A DNA stretch of 64,000 nt from Bacteroidota bacterium (lineage in GTDB: Bacteria; Bacteroidota; Ignavibacteria; UBA10030; UBA8401), in contig JAJYOI010000002.1 of the NCBI GenBank assembly GCA_021796275.1, positions 9,302 through 73,301 of the forward strand. The letters run 5' to 3'. Numbering within the stretch: the stretch's first letter is position 1; every line of letters begins with the position of its first letter. The notes under the pieces were generated by a model. That model saw only the letters and a list, made by a program, of their open reading frames with translations. It made no database searches and was not told where the DNA came from. Positions 1-10,553 of this stretch are shown one piece after another. The position numbers were made by a program, and so were the translations under genes.

Positions 1-752
1 ATTTCAAAACGTCCTTCGAAATACGCGCGAAGAATTTCGGTCGCCTTGCTGTAGAATAATTTCACTTCGCCGCGCTGCCACACGCGTTCCGCTTCCAGTT
101 CACGCAGATGAATTAGAGCCGCGACATGTGCGGGAACCGCGGGTTTTTCTTCAACAACAATTTCTTTCGGCTTTCGTCTTTTCTTCATGTAATAATAAAT
201 GAGGTACGCGATCGCACAGATGAGAAGAAAAATTCCCCCGTAGATAGCAATTTCTTTCCATGTCCACGGCAGGGTCAGCGGCGGCTTAATGTCTTTGATT
301 CCTTGCGTCGTGTCAACTGCAACCGTAGCAACTTGAATTGTAATGGGCTGCGATTGCGCAATGTGAACGATGGTATCGCCGGTTGAAGTATAACCGACAG
401 TGAACGGCGGAATTGTTCTCACACCGGCGTCGTATTTTGATAGCGTAAAAGATTTTTGTTCTGCGATAACGCCGTTCGATTCGCTTTTTGAAACAGAATC
501 CTGATGGACGATGACAAACGCCCCAAGCGTATCTGTTTGCTGTTTCCACAGGATTGAAACGCCCGCCGGATGCTGGATGCGTACGGAATACCGAAACCAA
601 TCCCCAATGGTAATGTGTGTCGAATCCGTTTCTGCCGAAACTGAAACTTCTGCCGTTTGCGGCGTCATGTTCAACTGAGAGAAGCTTAATGATGACGCAA
701 TAACGACGGCAAAAAACACCGGGATAATTTTTTTCGTAAAACTGCTTTGCAT
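1..752 (-). CDS. Partial (runs off left edge) membrane protein of the Bat/MoxR-associated module, DUF4381-like. N-terminal signal sequence and one internal TM helix.
   Basis: Manual translation of minus strand from ATG at 750-752: MQSSFTKKIIPVFFAVVIASSLSFSQ...IAIYGGIFLLICAIAYLIYYYMKKRRKPKE..., open to position 1. Absent from ORF track because truncated. Lies directly downstream of the DUF58 and MoxR genes. Confidence 0.5.
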   Translation of the reverse strand, partial: MQSSFTKKIIPVFFAVVIASSLSFSQLNMTPQTAEVSVSAETDSTHITIGDWFRYSVRIQHPAGVSILWKQQTDTLGAFVIVHQDSVSKSESNGVIAEQKSFTLSKYDAGVRTIPPFTVGYTSTGDTIVHIAQSQPITIQVATVAVDTTQGIKDIKPPLTLPWTWKEIAIYGGIFLLICAIAYLIYYYMKKRRKPKEIVVEEKPAVPAHVAALIHLRELEAERVWQRGEVKLFYSKATEILRAYFEGRFE

Positions 753-791
753 GTCCCGCAAATACTCTCGCATTAACTTTTTCTTCACGTG

Positions 792-1667
792 TTACCAGCG
801 TTGCTCGCGCAAGCGGAAAAAATCCACCAGCGGTTTCAGGTATGGTTGACCGGTCGAAACAGCAATGCGGTCTACTTTCGTTGAAAGAAATAATTTTTGA
901 AGCCGCGCTTCATGCTGCTGCCAGTAATACCGGAACGCCTGTTGAATATAAATGCTGCCGGTGTCGATCCAGCGTTCGCCGCCGCTTTCCGCATCTTTCA
1001 TTTTTACGAGGCCGATTTTCGGCAGTTCCCGTTCACGTGGATCGCTCATGGTAATTGCAATGACGTCGTGCCGCTTGCTGACGATACGCAGCGCCTGGTC
1101 GTAACCTTCATCAATAAAATCCGAGATAACGAATGAGATGGAACGTTTTTTCATCACGCGATTCAGATATTCAAGAGCCGCGCTCAGGTTGGTGCCGTTG
1201 CTTGTCGGCTCGAACGAAAGCAGCTCGCGCACGATGCGCAGAATATGTGCTTTGCCTTTTTTCGGTGGAATGAATTTTTCAATTTTGTCTGTGAACATGA
1301 TCAGCCCGACCTTGTCGTTGTTGCGGATCGCCGAGAACGCAAGCACGGCGCAAAGTTCGGTAGCAATTTCGTTCTTCATCGAATGCACCGTGCCGAACTG
1401 CTCGGAGCGGCTCAGATCGACAAGAAGCATGACAGTCAATTCACGTTCTTCTTCAAAGATTTTGATGAACGGGTGATTGAATCGCGCGGAGACATTCCAA
1501 TCGATTGCACGAATGTCGTCGCCATATTGATACTCGCGCACCTCGGAAAATTCCATTCCGCGTCCTTTGAAGACGGAATGATACTCGCCGGAAAAAACCT
1601 GGTTCACAAGTCCGCGCGTCTTTAATTCTATCAGCCGTACTTTTTTGAGCAGTTCAGTTGTTGTCAT
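792..1667 (-). CDS. DUF58 (vWA-like) protein, MoxR-associated.
   Basis: 291 aa. Characteristic DUF58 region (RAIDWNVSARFNHPFIKIFEEERE...LLVDLSRS). Sits immediately downstream of the MoxR ATPase on the same strand. Confidence 0.85.
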   Translation of the reverse strand: MTTTELLKKVRLIELKTRGLVNQVFSGEYHSVFKGRGMEFSEVREYQYGDDIRAIDWNVSARFNHPFIKIFEEERELTVMLLVDLSRSEQFGTVHSMKNEIATELCAVLAFSAIRNNDKVGLIMFTDKIEKFIPPKKGKAHILRIVRELLSFEPTSNGTNLSAALEYLNRVMKKRSISFVISDFIDEGYDQALRIVSKRHDVIAITMSDPRERELPKIGLVKMKDAESGGERWIDTGSIYIQQAFRYYWQQHEARLQKLFLSTKVDRIAVSTGQPYLKPLVDFFRLREQRW

Positions 1668-1681
1668 AACTATGAGGAATA

Positions 1682-2671
1682 TTACGGCACTTCGATCTTG
1701 TTCAAAATTTCCTGGATGATATGTTCTGAGCTGACTTCTTCCGCCTCGGCTTCGTACGTTACAGCAACGCGGTGGCGCAGCACATCCAAACTGACAGCGC
1801 GAACATCTTCCGGAATGACATAGCCGCGCCGTTTGATGAAGGCGTACGCTTTTGCCCCAAGCGCTAAATTTATTGTCGCACGCGGCGATGCGCCGTAGCT
1901 GATAAGCTGTACGACATTGTCGACGCCGTAATTTTTGGGAGTGCGCGTGGCGAAGACGATGTCGAGAATATAGCGTTCGATTTTCTCATCCATGTAAATT
2001 TCATTCATCGCAGCGCGCGCTTTCAGAATGTCCTTCGGCGAGACGACTGCTTTTACTTCGCCATTTTGTGCTCCGATATTTTGCCGCATAATTTGCAGCT
2101 CTTCTTCTTTGCTCGGATAATCAATTTTGATTTTCAGCATGAAGCGGTCAACCTGTGCTTCCGGTAAGGGGTACGTGCCTTCCTGCTCAATTGGATTTTG
2201 CGTTGCAAGAACGAGGAAAGGCTCATCCAACTTGAATGTTTCTTCACCGATTGTAATTTGACGTTCCTGCATTGCTTCAAGCAATGCGCTCTGTACTTTT
2301 GCAGGCGAGCGATTGATTTCATCTGCTAAAATGAAATTCGCGAAGATCGGCCCTTTCTTCGTCTGAAATTTCGATTCTTTCTGGTTGTAAATCAGCGTGC
2401 CCACAAGATCGGCGGGAAGAAGGTCCGGCGTAAATTGAATGCGCTGAAATTTTGCCTGAATTGCCTGCGCGAGCGTTTTTACGGCAAGCGTTTTCGCCAA
2501 ACCGGGCACTCCTTCCAGCAGAATATGACCGTTGGCAAGAAGTCCGATGAGCAATCGTTCTATCATATATTTTTGTCCGACGATCGCTTTACTGATTTCC
2601 ATTGTCAACAGATCAACAAAAGCACTTTCCTTTTGGATTTTTTCGTTGATCGCTTTAATATCGTACTGCAT
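1682..2671 (-). CDS. MoxR-family AAA+ ATPase.
   Basis: 329 aa. Walker A GVPGLAKT; MoxR signature regions (FQRIQFTPDLLPADLVGT, LADEINRSPAKVQSALLEAMQE). Confidence 0.9.
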   Translation of the reverse strand: MQYDIKAINEKIQKESAFVDLLTMEISKAIVGQKYMIERLLIGLLANGHILLEGVPGLAKTLAVKTLAQAIQAKFQRIQFTPDLLPADLVGTLIYNQKESKFQTKKGPIFANFILADEINRSPAKVQSALLEAMQERQITIGEETFKLDEPFLVLATQNPIEQEGTYPLPEAQVDRFMLKIKIDYPSKEEELQIMRQNIGAQNGEVKAVVSPKDILKARAAMNEIYMDEKIERYILDIVFATRTPKNYGVDNVVQLISYGASPRATINLALGAKAYAFIKRRGYVIPEDVRAVSLDVLRHRVAVTYEAEAEEVSSEHIIQEILNKIEVP

Positions 2672-2990
2672 TATTCCTCCGGCAAAATATCTGAATGGTA
2701 CACAATTGTGACACTTTAGACTGAACTTAATTTACAAATGTTCCATTGAAAAGCAATGAATTCATATTTTTCCTCTCTTCCTTCAAAACTATGCTTATCA
2801 CACGATGAAGAACACTATTTGTCGTTGAAGAAGTTTCGTTTATTGAAAAACTCCAAAAATCCCAAAAACGCAGTCCGGTATTTCATTGCACCTCTTCGTA
2901 AAAAAAAGTATATTCATGCATCATGTTTGAAAGAAATGTAATTCTTTATGTGTTTGCGCTTATGCGTGGCGTAGGAATGGCTGCATTTTA

Positions 2991-3860
2991 ATGGGTAAAA
3001 TCATTGCCATAGCGAATCAAAAAGGCGGCGTGGGCAAAACGACGACTGCAGTGAACCTTGCTGCGTCAATTGCTGCCGCAGAACATTCGACGCTGCTTGT
3101 CGATACTGATCCGCAGGCAAATGCAACGAGCGGGTTAGGGTTTGACAGCAAAGAGCAGCATAAAACAACGTATGAAGTTTTAATCGGAAGCATTAGCGCT
3201 ACTGAAACTGTCCTTAAGTCTTCAATGCCGTTTCTCTCCCTCATTCCGTCGCATATCAATCTTGTCGGTGCGGAAATCGAAATGGTGAATGAAACCAATC
3301 GCGAACAACGCATGCGTTCCGCTCTTTCTTCAGTTCGTTCTTCATTCGATTATGTCATTATTGATTGTCCTCCGTCGCTCGGTCTGCTGACACTGAATGC
3401 GTTGACGGCTGCTGATTCCGTTTTGATTCCGGTGCAATGTGAATATTACGCGCTGGAAGGATTGGGGCAATTGTTAAACACGATCAACATTGTTAAGAAA
3501 AATCTCAATCCGCAATTGGATATTGAAGGCGTACTCATGACAATGTACGATTCCCGCTTACGGCTTTCGAATCAGATTGTGGAAGAGGTGAGAAAATATT
3601 TTCAGGAAAAAGTGTTTTCGACGATTATCGCGCGGAATGTTCGCCTAAGCGAAGCTCCGAGTTTCGGCAAGCCGATTTTATTGTACGACGCGCTTTCTTC
3701 CGGAACGCGGAATTATATGGAGCTTGCACAAGAAGTGTTGAAGCGAAATCAGCCGAATTCATCTGCCCACTCCAAATCATCAATCACTCTCTCTCAGCCG
3801 GTTCCGCCATCAACGCATACGCTGCCGCCACAATCGTCTGAATCTGGAAAGATCGCATAA
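2991..3860 (+). CDS. parA: Chromosome partitioning ATPase ParA/Soj, with a ~35 aa low-complexity C-terminal tail.
   Basis: Deviant Walker [16 protein letters not shown]. 4-nt overlap with the downstream parB. Confidence 0.9.
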   Translation: MGKIIAIANQKGGVGKTTTAVNLAASIAAAEHSTLLVDTDPQANATSGLGFDSKEQHKTTYEVLIGSISATETVLKSSMPFLSLIPSHINLVGAEIEMVNETNREQRMRSALSSVRSSFDYVIIDCPPSLGLLTLNALTAADSVLIPVQCEYYALEGLGQLLNTINIVKKNLNPQLDIEGVLMTMYDSRLRLSNQIVEEVRKYFQEKVFSTIIARNVRLSEAPSFGKPILLYDALSSGTRNYMELAQEVLKRNQPNSSAHSKSSITLSQPVPPSTHTLPPQSSESGKIA

Positions 3861-4774
3861 TGGCAGAATCGCCTCGTTCAAAATCAGTTTTGGGAAAAGG
3901 TCTCAGTGCCCTGATTCCGCGAATGAATATCTCTGACGACGCTGCTGCGCCAGCTTCGCTTCCGCAGGACTCGGGTGAAGACAACATAATTGCCGTGATT
4001 GATGTTTCGAAAATCCGCCCGAACCCGTTTCAACCGCGTGTTGATTTTGATCCGCAAACGTTAGACGAACTGAAGCGTTCGATCATTGAAAAGGGTGTGA
4101 TTCAGCCGATCACCGTTCGGCGGACACTTGATCGGAATTACGAACTGATTTCCGGCGAGCGCCGCGTGCGCGCATCGCAGGAAGCCGGACTGAAAACTAT
4201 TCCTGCGTACATCATCCGCGTTGAATCCGACGCGGAGATGCTTGAGCTTGCATTGATTGAAAACCTCCAGCGCGAGCATTTGAATCCGATAGAAGTTGCG
4301 CAATCGTACAAACGCCTTATCGAAGAATGCAATTTGACACAGGAAGAAGTTGCGCAGAAAATCGGCAAAGATCGTTCGACGGTAACAAACTTTCTCCGGC
4401 TTTTAAAACTGCCGGATAAAATTCAGCTTGCGCTTCGGAAAGATACCATCACGATGGGCCACGCGCGAGCACTGATTACTTTGCCGGATGAGAAAACGCA
4501 GGTTCGTGTCTTCGAAAAAATTGTGAAAAACGGGTTATCGGTGCGCAAGGTTGAAGAGGCGGTCAAAGCGTTTGGCGACGCCACAAAGAAAAAAATCGTA
4601 TCGTTCTCTTCTCCGCGCGCTGAGAGCGAACTTCAAACAATCGAATCGCGCTTGCGGCATTCGCTTGGCACGAAAGTGACCATTCACCATAAATCCAGCG
4701 GCAGCGGTGAGATCGTGATTGAGTATTACAATGCTGATGACCTTGAACGGCTCATTGAGTTGTTGGAGAAGTGA
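3860..4774 (+). CDS. parB: Chromosome partitioning protein ParB/Spo0J.
   Basis: ParB box GERRVRAS and an HTH region; adjacent to parA. Confidence 0.9.
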   Translation: MAESPRSKSVLGKGLSALIPRMNISDDAAAPASLPQDSGEDNIIAVIDVSKIRPNPFQPRVDFDPQTLDELKRSIIEKGVIQPITVRRTLDRNYELISGERRVRASQEAGLKTIPAYIIRVESDAEMLELALIENLQREHLNPIEVAQSYKRLIEECNLTQEEVAQKIGKDRSTVTNFLRLLKLPDKIQLALRKDTITMGHARALITLPDEKTQVRVFEKIVKNGLSVRKVEEAVKAFGDATKKKIVSFSSPRAESELQTIESRLRHSLGTKVTIHHKSSGSGEIVIEYYNADDLERLIELLEK

Positions 4775-4807
4775 GAAAAAATTTTTACCGCAGAGGGCTA
4801 AGACGCT

Positions 4808-5197
4808 GTGACTATGAAAACGATCATCAAAACTGAAAAAGCGCCGGCACCAATTGGTCCGTATAATCAAGCGGTAGCTGTGCAGGGACAGCTTGTCTTC
4901 ACCGCGGGACAAATCTCTGCCGATCCCGTTTCGGAAAATATTGTCGGTACAACAATCGCTGAACAGACAACGCAAGTGTGCGAAAATCTGAAGGCGATTC
5001 TTTATGCCAGCCACACTGACTTTGCGCATGTTGTAAAGACAACAGTGTTCTTAAAAAACATGGGCGACTTTCCCGCTATGAATGAAGTATACGCACGCTA
5101 TTTCGGCGAAGCATCTCCTGCACGAAGCACGGTAGAAGTTGCCCGGCTTCCGAAAGATGTATTGGTCGAAATTGAAGCTGTTGCTCTTGTGGTGTGA
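4808..5197 (+). CDS. ridA: RidA/YjgF-family reactive-intermediate deaminase.
   Basis: 129 aa. Typical RidA sequence (PAPIGPYNQAV...TTVFLKNMGDF...EVARLP). Confidence 0.85.
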   Translation: MTMKTIIKTEKAPAPIGPYNQAVAVQGQLVFTAGQISADPVSENIVGTTIAEQTTQVCENLKAILYASHTDFAHVVKTTVFLKNMGDFPAMNEVYARYFGEASPARSTVEVARLPKDVLVEIEAVALVV

Positions 5198-5254
5198 TTT
5201 ATTTTTGAGACTGGCAAAGCTGAACGATCAAATCCTCGATGGACTCTGGAGTTT

Positions 5255-5884
5255 GTGAAACTTTTTCTGATGTATATCATCGGTTGTTTTTTTTTCACGC
5301 AAATTGTGGAGGGACAAACTATTCTAAAATTCTCACAGCCGATTTTTACACCGCTGCGTATTGTTGAAAATCCCTTTGGGACGGCGCTTCCCGATTCTTC
5401 AGTGAAAGTTAACGCCGATTCGATTATGGAAAGAATGACAGCGACACCGGATACAGTACAGCGCCCGGGAAAATCAACAACGATTGCGTGGGTTGCGTCT
5501 GCAATTGTTCCGGGTGCAGGACAGATTTATAACGGTTCGTACTGGAAAGCTCCGCTGATTTGGGGGTTAGGATACTATCTTGTTTCCGTGTACAAAAATC
5601 AAAATGATCTTTATAAACAAACTCGTCAGATGTATGAAGCATATCTTGACAGTTCTTCTAATGGAAGCCAATCTGCGAGCACGGTTGATTATGTTTCTTA
5701 TTACAAAACGCAGCGCGATTTCTATAAGAATCAACGCGACACATTCGGCTGGTACATCGCTATCACATATCTGATTAACGTTCTCGATGCGTATGTTGAT
5801 GCGAGCTTATACAATTTTGAAGTTGCTCCTGTCGCAAGCAATCCGAGCGAACTTCGCTTGACAATGAGACTCAAGTTCAATTAA
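5255..5884 (+). CDS. DUF5683-like secreted protein, often found downstream of parB in FCB-group genomes.
   Basis: Signal peptide followed by a PGAGQIYNGSYWKAPLIWG motif. The family assignment is recalled from memory, not searched. Confidence 0.55.
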   Translation: MKLFLMYIIGCFFFTQIVEGQTILKFSQPIFTPLRIVENPFGTALPDSSVKVNADSIMERMTATPDTVQRPGKSTTIAWVASAIVPGAGQIYNGSYWKAPLIWGLGYYLVSVYKNQNDLYKQTRQMYEAYLDSSSNGSQSASTVDYVSYYKTQRDFYKNQRDTFGWYIAITYLINVLDAYVDASLYNFEVAPVASNPSELRLTMRLKFN

Positions 5885-6015
5885 CCTTCACGTTTTCTAA
5901 CCGCTCAGAAAATATTTTTTACCGCAAAGGCGCTAAGACGCAAAGAAATTTTACCTCATTGTTATAGAACTTTTTGCACCATTGCGTCTTTGCGGTGAGA
6001 TGAAAGGAATTCACC

Positions 6016-8280
6016 ATGATACGAAAGCAAGATGCATTAGATTATCATTCGCAGGGACGAAGGGGAAAAATTGAAGTCACGCCGACGAAACCGTGTCAAA
6101 CCCAGCGTGACTTGTCGCTTGCCTATACGCCGGGCGTTGCCGAGCCGTGCCTTGATATCGCCGCCAACCCGGACGACGCTTATCTTTATACTGCGAAAGG
6201 AAATCTCGTCGCGGTTGTTTCTAACGGAACTGCCGTGCTCGGTCTCGGCGACATCGGGGCGCTCGCAGGAAAACCGGTGATGGAAGGGAAAGGAATTCTC
6301 TTCAAACGCTTCGCCGATATTGATGTCTTTGATATTGAATTGAACACGCACAATCCCGACGATATCATCAAAGCGGTGAAATTATTAGAGCCGACATTCG
6401 GCGGCATTAACCTTGAAGATATTAAAGCGCCGGAATGTTTTTATATTGAAGAAGCGCTGAAAAAAATGATGAACATTCCGGTGTTTCATGATGACCAACA
6501 CGGCACGGCAATCATCAGCGGCGCCGCGTTGATCAATGCGCTGGAAGTCGTGAACAAGAAAATCGGCGAGGCGAAAGTTGTCTTTGCCGGCGCCGGCGCG
6601 GCAGGAATGGGATGCGCCCGATTGTATGAAAAACTCGGCATCCGCCATGAAAATATTCTTTTCGTTGATACCAAAGGTGTCATCTATAAAGGACGAAAAG
6701 AAGGAATGAATGAGTACAAAGAATATTTTGCAGTGGAGACAAAAGCGCGCTCGCTTGCCGATGCGTTGAAAGGCGCCGATGTTTTCTGCGGTGTGTCGGT
6801 GAAAGGAATCATCACCAAAGACATGGTGAAATCAATGGCGGATAATCCCGTCGTGTTTGCAATGGCGAATCCTGATCCTGAGATTACATACGAAGATGCC
6901 ACGAGCGTTCGCAGCGATATCATCATGGCGACCGGTCGTTCCGATTTTCCGAATCAGGTGAACAACGTGCTCGGATTCCCGTTCATCTTTCGCGGCGCGC
7001 TTGATGTTCGTGCAACGGCAATCAACGATGAAATGAAAATTGCCGCGTCGAAAGCACTCGCTGCATTGGCAAAAGAAGATGTGCCGGATTCCGTGATGCG
7101 CGCCTACGACGTGAAACGTCTCGAATTCGGACGCGATTACATTATTCCGAAGCCATTCGATCCGCGCGTATTGATGTGGGTCGCAACGGCTGTTGCGAAA
7201 GCGGCGGTGGAAACCGGCGTCGCGCGAACTCCGATTACAGATTTTGAAGCGTACAAAGATTCGCTCGAAGCAAGGCTTGGCAAAACGCGTGAGATCATGC
7301 GATTCTACATTCACAAAGCGCAGCGCGATCCGAAGCGTATTGTGTTTCCCGAAGGTGAAGAAGAAAAAATTCTTCGCGCCGCAAATATTATCGTAGAAGA
7401 AAAGATCGCAAAGCCGATTCTTCTTGGAAGCCGAACGAAGATCCATCAGAAGATTGCCGAACTTGGACTGGACCTTGAAGGCGTTGAGGTTGTGCATCCG
7501 TCAAAATCGCCGAAGTTTCAGGAATACACCGCTGCCTATCATGAACTTCGGCAACGAAAAGGAATGACTCGTTCCGTGGCAGAGCGCCACATGAAAGGGC
7601 ATAATATTTTCGGGATGATGATGGTGCGTAACGGAGATGCTGATGGATTGATTTCAGGGATCATTCAAAATTATCCGGAGACGGTGAAACCCGCGCTGCA
7701 GATTATCGGTACAAAAGACGGTGTCAACAAAATTGCCGGATTGTATATGATGGTGTTCAAGAATCAGACGATTTTCATTGCCGACGCAACAGTGAACATT
7801 GATCCGACGGCGGAAGATCTTGCAGAAATTGCACTGCTCACGGCGCAGCGTGTGAAACGCCTGGATATTGTTCCGCGGGTTGCCATGTTATCGTTCAGTG
7901 ATTTCGGCAGCACCAATCATCCTTTCGTTGATAAAGTGCGGCGAGCCGTGGACATTGTGAAACAGCGTTCACCGGAACTAATTATTGACGGAGAAATGAT
8001 GGCGGATACCGCGCTCAGTCCCGAAATTCTGAATCAATCGTATCCGTTCAGCGCGTTGAAAGAAGCAGCGAACATTCTCATCTGTCCTGATTTGACATCA
8101 GCGAACATTGCATACAAATTGCTGTCGAAACTTGCAGGTGCAACTGCCATCGGGCCGATCTTACTTGGAATCCGCAAGCCTGTGTACTTGCTCGTTCCAA
8201 GCAACGACACAAACGATATCGTGAACATTACAGCGATGGCGGTGTTCGCAGCGCAGGTGGAAAAAGCCGATAATGCATAA
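6016..8280 (+). CDS. maeB: NADP-dependent malic enzyme: malic enzyme domain plus C-terminal phosphotransacetylase-like domain.
   Basis: 754 aa. Malic enzyme N-terminal region ([13 protein letters not shown]), NAD(P) Rossmann motif (FAGAGAAG), and a C-terminal PTA-like domain. Confidence 0.9.
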   Translation: MIRKQDALDYHSQGRRGKIEVTPTKPCQTQRDLSLAYTPGVAEPCLDIAANPDDAYLYTAKGNLVAVVSNGTAVLGLGDIGALAGKPVMEGKGILFKRFADIDVFDIELNTHNPDDIIKAVKLLEPTFGGINLEDIKAPECFYIEEALKKMMNIPVFHDDQHGTAIISGAALINALEVVNKKIGEAKVVFAGAGAAGMGCARLYEKLGIRHENILFVDTKGVIYKGRKEGMNEYKEYFAVETKARSLADALKGADVFCGVSVKGIITKDMVKSMADNPVVFAMANPDPEITYEDATSVRSDIIMATGRSDFPNQVNNVLGFPFIFRGALDVRATAINDEMKIAASKALAALAKEDVPDSVMRAYDVKRLEFGRDYIIPKPFDPRVLMWVATAVAKAAVETGVARTPITDFEAYKDSLEARLGKTREIMRFYIHKAQRDPKRIVFPEGEEEKILRAANIIVEEKIAKPILLGSRTKIHQKIAELGLDLEGVEVVHPSKSPKFQEYTAAYHELRQRKGMTRSVAERHMKGHNIFGMMMVRNGDADGLISGIIQNYPETVKPALQIIGTKDGVNKIAGLYMMVFKNQTIFIADATVNIDPTAEDLAEIALLTAQRVKRLDIVPRVAMLSFSDFGSTNHPFVDKVRRAVDIVKQRSPELIIDGEMMADTALSPEILNQSYPFSALKEAANILICPDLTSANIAYKLLSKLAGATAIGPILLGIRKPVYLLVPSNDTNDIVNITAMAVFAAQVEKADNA

Positions 8281-8324
8281 AGGGTGCTATGTTACATTAC
8301 GTTTTACAGTGAAGGGATTACATT

Positions 8325-10415
8325 ATGAAAACTACATTTCGCTTTTTTATTGTATTGTTAATCTCTTTGATTGGGGTTAATCGCGCACTTCCTCAATGGG
8401 TACAAACTAACGGACCTTATATCGGTTATGTTTATACTCTCGCTGTCAAAGGCACCGATCTTTTTGCTGGGACTTGGGGTGATGGTATTTTTCGTTCCAC
8501 AAACAAAGGCACAAGTTGGGCCGCTGTCAATACTGGTTTAGGGTACCCTTATGTTTGGTCTATTGTTGCATCGGGTTCAAATCTTTTTGCGGCGACTGAT
8601 TATGGTATATTTCTTTCGACTGACAATGGTTCAAGTTGGACTGCGGTGAACAACGGCTTGACGGATTATAATGTTGGCACACTTGCCGTCTCAGGCACGA
8701 ATCTTTTTGCGGGCACTTATGCTGGCGGCGTTTTTCTTTCCACAGATAATGGTACAAATTGGACTGCAGTCAATACTGGTTTGACAAACCTGGACGTCAA
8801 AGCTCTTGTTGCTTTAGACACTAATCTCTTTGCAGGTACTTATGGCGGTGGCGTCTTTCGCTCGACCAACAACGGAAGAAACTGGATTTCAATGAATAGC
8901 GGTTTGGCAGACAGCAATATCACAGCTTTTGCTGTCTTGGATACAGATCTCTTTGTCGGAACTCTTGATGGTGGCGTATTTCTTTCGACTGATGCCGGCA
9001 ATAGCTGGAGTGCAGTCAATACCGGTTTGACCAATCCTTCCGTTCTTTCCCTTACCTCATTTCAGAGGAACCTCTTTGCCGGCACTATCGCTGGCGGCGT
9101 ATTTCTTTCGACTGATAGTGGCACATATTGGAAGCAAGTTAGTATTAGTGTAACGAATGCTGAGGTTTTTGCTCTTGCCACTTTGGATACGAGTCTATTT
9201 GCTGGTACTAATGGCAGTGGCGTTTTTCGTTCAGTCAACAATGGTACAGACTGGACCGTGGCTAGCAATGGTTTGACGAAAGCTTCTGTATTGTCTTTTA
9301 CTGTCTCTTCCAATAAAGCAGAGGGGACAAAAATCTTTGTCGGAACTTCAGACGGTTTTGTTTTTCTTTCAACTAATAATGGTGTAAGCTGGACAGCAGA
9401 CAATACTAGTTTAAGATACATGCCTGTTAGATCGCTTGTTTTATCTGGTACAAATCTCTTTGCGGGAACTTATGGGCATGGCATTTTTCTTTCGACTGAT
9501 GATGGCACAAGCTGGAGGGATGTTAATTTCGGCCTAACAAACGATACAGTCCGATCTCTTGTGACATCAAATGCGAATCTTTTTGCTGGCACGTATGGTG
9601 GCGGTGTTTTTCTTTCAACAAATAATGGTGAGACTTGGGGTGCAGTTAATGCCGGTTTGAAAAACACCTTTGTTATATCTCTAGCTGTTCTGGACACAAA
9701 TCTTTTTGCCGGAACTTATGGTGGTGGCGCATTCCTTTCAACGGACAACGGTTCAAGCTGGACTGCAGTGAATGCCGGTTTGACGAACACTTATGTTTCT
9801 TCTTTTGCTTTCTCGGGAACAAAGGTATTTGCCGGAACTTATGGCGGTGTCTTTTTATCAAGTAACAATGGTATAAGTTGGAATAAGGCTAGTATCGGTT
9901 TGACCGACACACGTGTTTTTTCTTTGGTCGTCAGCGGTACGGGTCTTTTTGCTGCAACTATGAGTGGGGGCATTTTTCTTTCGACTAACAGCGGCGCAAG
10001 CTGGACCAACATTAGTCCCGGTTTGGCAAATACTCGTGTAAACGCTCTTGTTGTTTCAGATACAACTCTCTTTGCTGGAACTGCTATTGGTGTGTGGAGG
10101 CGGCCATTATCAGAAATGATAACTTCTGTTCAGTATACAAACAGCATGCCTTCTAAGTTCAGACTGCTGCAAAACTATCCAAATCCATTTAATCCAGTTA
10201 CAACAATCGTGTTTAGCCTACCATCTAAATCGTTCGTAACACTGAAAATTTTTGATGTTTTGGGGCGAGAGGTGTCAACTCTTGTTTCTGAGGACTTGCC
10301 TGCTGGTACATATGCACGTGTATGGAGGGGCACAGCAATGCCAAGTGGGATGTACTTCTATCGTTTGCAGACTGGAAAAAATTCAGAAATGAAAAAACTT
10401 GTGCTGCTCAAATAA
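8325..10415 (+). CDS. Secreted beta-propeller protein with about 14 BNR/Asp-box repeats (SxDxGxxW) and a T9SS C-terminal sorting domain.
   Basis: Signal peptide. Repeated ~47-aa units (NLFAGTYGGGVFLSTDNGSSWTAVNxGLTN...). C-terminal LLQNYPNPFNP...MYFYRLQ matches the T9SS type-A CTD. Confidence 0.8.
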   Translation: MKTTFRFFIVLLISLIGVNRALPQWVQTNGPYIGYVYTLAVKGTDLFAGTWGDGIFRSTNKGTSWAAVNTGLGYPYVWSIVASGSNLFAATDYGIFLSTDNGSSWTAVNNGLTDYNVGTLAVSGTNLFAGTYAGGVFLSTDNGTNWTAVNTGLTNLDVKALVALDTNLFAGTYGGGVFRSTNNGRNWISMNSGLADSNITAFAVLDTDLFVGTLDGGVFLSTDAGNSWSAVNTGLTNPSVLSLTSFQRNLFAGTIAGGVFLSTDSGTYWKQVSISVTNAEVFALATLDTSLFAGTNGSGVFRSVNNGTDWTVASNGLTKASVLSFTVSSNKAEGTKIFVGTSDGFVFLSTNNGVSWTADNTSLRYMPVRSLVLSGTNLFAGTYGHGIFLSTDDGTSWRDVNFGLTNDTVRSLVTSNANLFAGTYGGGVFLSTNNGETWGAVNAGLKNTFVISLAVLDTNLFAGTYGGGAFLSTDNGSSWTAVNAGLTNTYVSSFAFSGTKVFAGTYGGVFLSSNNGISWNKASIGLTDTRVFSLVVSGTGLFAATMSGGIFLSTNSGASWTNISPGLANTRVNALVVSDTTLFAGTAIGVWRRPLSEMITSVQYTNSMPSKFRLLQNYPNPFNPVTTIVFSLPSKSFVTLKIFDVLGREVSTLVSEDLPAGTYARVWRGTAMPSGMYFYRLQTGKNSEMKKLVLLK
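8400..10080 (+). repeat. Coding tandem repeat with ~141-bp period, about 13-14 copies, encoding the Asp-box blades. It also generates spurious antisense ORFs.
   Basis: Periodic recurrence of aatctttttgc(t/g)ggcac(t/g)tatgg...tttctttc(g/c)ac at the DNA level. Antisense ORFs (8840-9034, 9062-9421, 9470-9697) all repeat FVERKTPPP. Confidence 0.7.
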
Positions 10416-10553
10416 GGAAGTGCCTTCCGCACAGCTAACATAGGTGGATTTCCCTCTTAATCAAACAGGCTTTTCCGTTATAAAAGACTAAACTCGAAAA
10501 GCGATTCGTTGTCTAAAGGAGTAGATAAACGAAACAACATTAAAGGCGGCGCA

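Noticed and set aside
2672-2990. Possible oriC between the MoxR operon and parAB.
   Set aside because: No cluster of DnaA boxes (TTATCCACA-like) or AT-rich DUE found. Only one weak half-match. parAB alone does not establish the origin.
6832-7497. 221-aa antisense ORF inside maeB.
   Set aside because: Embedded antisense to a conserved enzyme gene, with no motifs.
8840-9697. Three antisense ORFs (64, 119 and 75 aa) repeating FVERKTPPP / LVERKT.
   Set aside because: They mirror the 141-bp coding repeat of the BNR propeller gene on the opposite strand, an artefact of repeat periodicity rather than genes.
8400-10080. Regular ~141-bp repeats that could be mistaken for a CRISPR array.
   Set aside because: There are no short unique spacers between constant repeats. 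The units are contiguous, in-frame and encode Asp-box blades of a single long ORF.
10509-10553. Upstream extension of macA (MSKGVDKRNNIKGGA) from the alternative start in the ORF track.
   Set aside because: A signal-anchor TM begins right after Met 10554 ([19 protein letters not shown]), and the extension overlaps the intergenic promoter region. The downstream ATG is the more plausible start.
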